In this document: positions 61,316-64,000 of the stretch, in pieces | Layout of the letters: each line of letters starts with the position of its first letter | Position numbering within the stretch: position 1 is the first letter of the stretch | Assembly (NCBI GenBank): GCA_903831265.1 | Contig: CAIKXD010000068.1 | Coordinates: 5,198 to 69,197 of the forward strand | DNA length: 64,000 nucleotides | Origin: an uncultured Bacteroidota bacterium | GTDB lineage: Bacteria; Bacteroidota; Bacteroidia; UBA4408 | Direction of reading: 5' to 3' | The notes under the pieces: model-generated | The model's input: the letters and a program-made list of their open reading frames with translations, nothing else | What the model was told of the DNA's origin: nothing | Database searches by the model: none | Translations under genes and position numbers: made by a program

Positions 61316-61340
61316 CTTATTTATATGAAATTATATAAAA

Positions 61341-61374
61341 AAGTCCCTCTTTAATTAAAAAGAGGGACTTTTTT
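61341..61374 (+). terminator. Rho-independent terminator of typA
   Basis: Stem 'aagtccctcttt'/'aaagagggactt' with loop 'aatt', followed by TTTT. Confidence 0.7.
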
Positions 61375-61451
61375 ATGAGCGGCTATCTATCGTATTTTCA
61401 GATTAATTAAAAAAAATCAACTTGCTAAATGATTGATGCTATTTTTGTTTT

Positions 61452-63233
61452 ATGAATTGGGAATGGATTCAGAAGTTTAATCAGTTAATTATTGTTGCTC
61501 AAGAAAAATTGAGTAAGAAACAGTTTATTTTACTGTCTGCTATTCTTGTTGGCCTTTCGTCAGGCTTTGCTGCCATAATTTTAAAGAGTTTTGTACATTT
61601 AATTTTTACACTTGCTACCTATAAACCAATTGTAAGTTTAAAATACTTGTACCTTATGCTGCCTGCATTGGGTATATTTTTTACTGTTTGGGCAGTTAAA
61701 AAAATTCTCAAAGGAAAATTAGAAAAAGGTTTACCTCCAATTCATTATGCAATTGCTAAAAAATCGAGCATTATTCCCCGTGAACAAATGTATGCACAGG
61801 TCCTCACCAGTTCATTAACTGTAGGTTTAGGAGGTTCCGCTGGATTGGAAGCACCTATTGTTATTACTGGCGCGGCTTTTGGATCAAATTATGCAAAAAC
61901 TTATCATCTTGATTATAAAGATAGAACGCTTTTATTGGCTTGTGGCGTAGCCGCTGGTATTGGAGCTGCATTTAATGCTCCTATTGCAGGGGTGTTATTT
62001 GCTTTGGAAGTTTTATTGTTAGATATAGGAATTTCGGCATTTACTCCACTCATCATTGCTGCTGCCACAGGGGCTTTAATTTCAAAAATTTTCTTGCAGG
62101 AAGATATCTTGTTTACGTTTCCTCAAAGCAGTGATTTCGATTATTTTAATGTGCCATTTTATGTAATTTTAGGCCTACTAACAGGATTGCTAGCGGTTTA
62201 TCATCAAAGAATGTTTTTAAAAATAGAACATTGGCTAGCAGGTTTAAAAATAAGTGCATATAAAAAAGTTTTTGTTGCTGGTATAATGCTGGCCATTTTA
62301 ATAATGTTTTTTCCCAGCTTATTTGGTGAAGGCTATGCAAGTATAAAGATTTTAGCCTCCGCTAATTCTGACCTGCTTTTCGAAAATAGTATTCTGCATA
62401 ATTTTACTCCTAATCCTTGGTTTATTTTGCTTTTTATTACCCTCACCATGCTCATTAAAGTAGTGGCAACTGCCATTACATTAGGAAGCGGAGGTAATGG
62501 TGGAAACTTTGCACCTTCGCTTTTTGTGGGTGCATATGCAGGTTTTGTTTTTTCAAGATTTATTAATCTAACAGAATTAACCCAGTTGCCCGAAAGTAAC
62601 TTTACATTGGTAGGTATGGCAGGAATTCTCAGTGGTTTGTACCATGCACCATTAACAGCGCTGTTTCTTATTGCTGAAATTACAGGAGGTTATAATCTAT
62701 TAATTCCTTTAATGATTGTCTCTTCCATTAGCTATGCTATTAGTAAACATTTTGAAAAATTTAGCATGGATGCTAAAAAACTAGCAAGTTCTGGATTAAT
62801 GTTTACTAACGATAAGGATAAAAATATTTTAACAACTATATCCACTTCTCGCTTGGTTGAAACTGATTTTATCAAAGTTTTCCCGTTGCAAACATTAGGC
62901 GAATTTGTGAAAATTATTGCTTCCTCTAAAAGGAATATTTTTCCTGTAGTGAATGATAAAAATAAATTACTTGGTATAATTATTTTAGATAATGTAAGGG
63001 AAGTAATTTTTAAACCCGAGCTTTACGAGAAAGTTCTGGTAAAAGAGTTGATGAGTATGCCTCCAGAAATTGTTGCACCTTATGAACCTATGGAGAGTGT
63101 TATGAAAAAATTTGATGAAACTGGCGCGTGGAATTTACCAGTGATTGATGCAGGTGAATATGTTGGTTTTATTTCAAAATCCAGTGTATTTTCGAATTAT
63201 AGAAACAAATTGATGGATTATAGTATAGATTAA
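61452..63233 (+). CDS. ClC-family voltage-gated chloride channel with C-terminal CBS pair
   Basis: 'GLGGSAGLEAPIV' (GxEGP-like), 'GIGAAFNAPIAGVLFALE' (GxFxP) and 'GGNFAPSLFVGA' selectivity motifs. Two CBS domains at the C-terminus. Confidence 0.85.
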   Translation: MNWEWIQKFNQLIIVAQEKLSKKQFILLSAILVGLSSGFAAIILKSFVHLIFTLATYKPIVSLKYLYLMLPALGIFFTVWAVKKILKGKLEKGLPPIHYAIAKKSSIIPREQMYAQVLTSSLTVGLGGSAGLEAPIVITGAAFGSNYAKTYHLDYKDRTLLLACGVAAGIGAAFNAPIAGVLFALEVLLLDIGISAFTPLIIAAATGALISKIFLQEDILFTFPQSSDFDYFNVPFYVILGLLTGLLAVYHQRMFLKIEHWLAGLKISAYKKVFVAGIMLAILIMFFPSLFGEGYASIKILASANSDLLFENSILHNFTPNPWFILLFITLTMLIKVVATAITLGSGGNGGNFAPSLFVGAYAGFVFSRFINLTELTQLPESNFTLVGMAGILSGLYHAPLTALFLIAEITGGYNLLIPLMIVSSISYAISKHFEKFSMDAKKLASSGLMFTNDKDKNILTTISTSRLVETDFIKVFPLQTLGEFVKIIASSKRNIFPVVNDKNKLLGIIILDNVREVIFKPELYEKVLVKELMSMPPEIVAPYEPMESVMKKFDETGAWNLPVIDAGEYVGFISKSSVFSNYRNKLMDYSID

Positions 63234-63237
63234 ACTT

Positions 63238-63441
63238 ATGGAAAAAAAATCAAAATTAAACTACGAACTTGCCTTTAAGGAATTAAATAGCATTGTAAAA
63301 GATATTGAGCAGGACAATGTACAACTTGACGAACTATCAACTAAAATTGTTAGGGCTAATGAATTGATTGCTTTTTGCAAAGAAAAATTAAGAAAAACCG
63401 AAGATGAATATCAAAAAGCAATTGAAGGGTTAAAGTCTTAA
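63238..63441 (+). CDS. xseB: exodeoxyribonuclease VII small subunit
   Basis: 67-aa helical protein. 'YELAFKELNSIVKDIEQ...L.L.ELS'. Confidence 0.75.
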   Translation: MEKKSKLNYELAFKELNSIVKDIEQDNVQLDELSTKIVRANELIAFCKEKLRKTEDEYQKAIEGLKS

Positions 63442-63780
63442 TTGCTTTGCTTTAGGTAAACTTTTTAATACAAGATGATATGAATCATCAATGAATTTTT
63501 TTATTAAAGTATTGCTCAGTTCTTGATTAATAATTACTGTGTTCCAATGTAATTTATTCATATGATAACCCGGCAATATATTATCCGAATAGGATTCTCG
63601 CAATTCTATGGCCTTTTCAGGATCGCATTTTACATTTATCCTTAAAGGCTGCCTTTCGAGCGAAATCAACAAAAATATTTTATCTAACACCTTAAAAACT
63701 AAGGTGTCATCATCAAATGGAAAACTTTCTGTAACACCTTTTTTATCAATACAATAGGCTCTTATTTCTTCTACATTCAT
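63430..63780 (-). CDS. MmcQ/YjbR-family (DUF419) predicted DNA-binding protein
   Basis: 116 aa. 'KGVTESFPFDDDTLVFKV' and 'GYHMNKLHWNTV' are typical of the family. Confidence 0.55.
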   Translation of the reverse strand: MNVEEIRAYCIDKKGVTESFPFDDDTLVFKVLDKIFLLISLERQPLRINVKCDPEKAIELRESYSDNILPGYHMNKLHWNTVIINQELSNTLIKKFIDDSYHLVLKSLPKAKQLRL

Positions 63781-63807
63781 TATGCCTAAATAAGATGCAC
63801 CTAATTA

Positions 63808-64000
63808 TTACTTAACAACTTTTTGGGTAGTCAAGCCCTTAGCATCTAACATTTGAATTAAATATATGCCTGCAGGCCAGTTTGAACTATCCAATGTCAA
63901 ACTTTTTTTGCCCTCACAATTCATGTTTGCTATAAGTTCACCAGTTGTATTAAATACTGTAACACTACTTACATTGCCCGATAAATTTAAATTGAGTTGT
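63808..64000 (-). CDS. 3' end of a T9SS C-terminal-sorting-domain protein (partial; 5' part beyond window)
   Basis: Minus-strand translation ends '...VTVFNTTGELIANM...GKKSLTLDSSNWPAGIYLIQMLDAKGLTTQKVVK*', a type-A Por sorting-domain pattern. Confidence 0.6.
   Translation of the reverse strand, partial: QLNLNLSGNVSSVTVFNTTGELIANMNCEGKKSLTLDSSNWPAGIYLIQMLDAKGLTTQKVVK

Overview
This is an AT-rich (~35% GC) chromosomal segment from a gliding member of the Bacteroidota. Supporting evidence: gldB-gldC, several T9SS C-terminal sorting domains, and TAnnTTTG promoter boxes; the class is uncertain. Most of the window is housekeeping. Genes present include an ECF sigma factor with crtI, crtB and ispH, then recX, dapA, an M23 peptidase, alaS, atpDC, a P-type ATPase, PrsW, tatC, nadE, gldB/gldC, folA, a SRAP gene, murF, lepA, rfbA, a propionyl-CoA carboxylase beta subunit, rsmB-like, sod, typA, a ClC channel and xseB. 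I found no rRNA, tRNA, CRISPR array, transposase or integrase.

Features that stand out:
1. A ~5.2 kb islet (18381-23578) is bounded by a 28-bp imperfect direct repeat (26/28 identical) at the 3' end of a 2Fe-2S ferredoxin gene. It carries a divergent XRE regulator, a translationally coupled ORF181 and a lipoprotein GldM-like paralog. It also carries a decayed GldN-like gene interrupted by an in-frame amber codon directly after its signal peptide, plus two uncharacterised envelope proteins.
2. A ~60-nt sequence inside the left edge of the islet is repeated at the very start of the window.
3. A 1306-aa sensor has the architecture Reg_prop beta-propellers, Y_Y_Y, TM, class III nucleotidyl cyclase, HD domain.
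4. A 4023-aa T9SS-sorted surface protein is built from nested internal duplications.
5. A 620-bp convergent intergenic spacer holds a GC-rich structured segment and a 15-bp perfect hairpin, which I treat as a candidate ncRNA.

All assignments rest on motif recognition by eye; I ran no searches.
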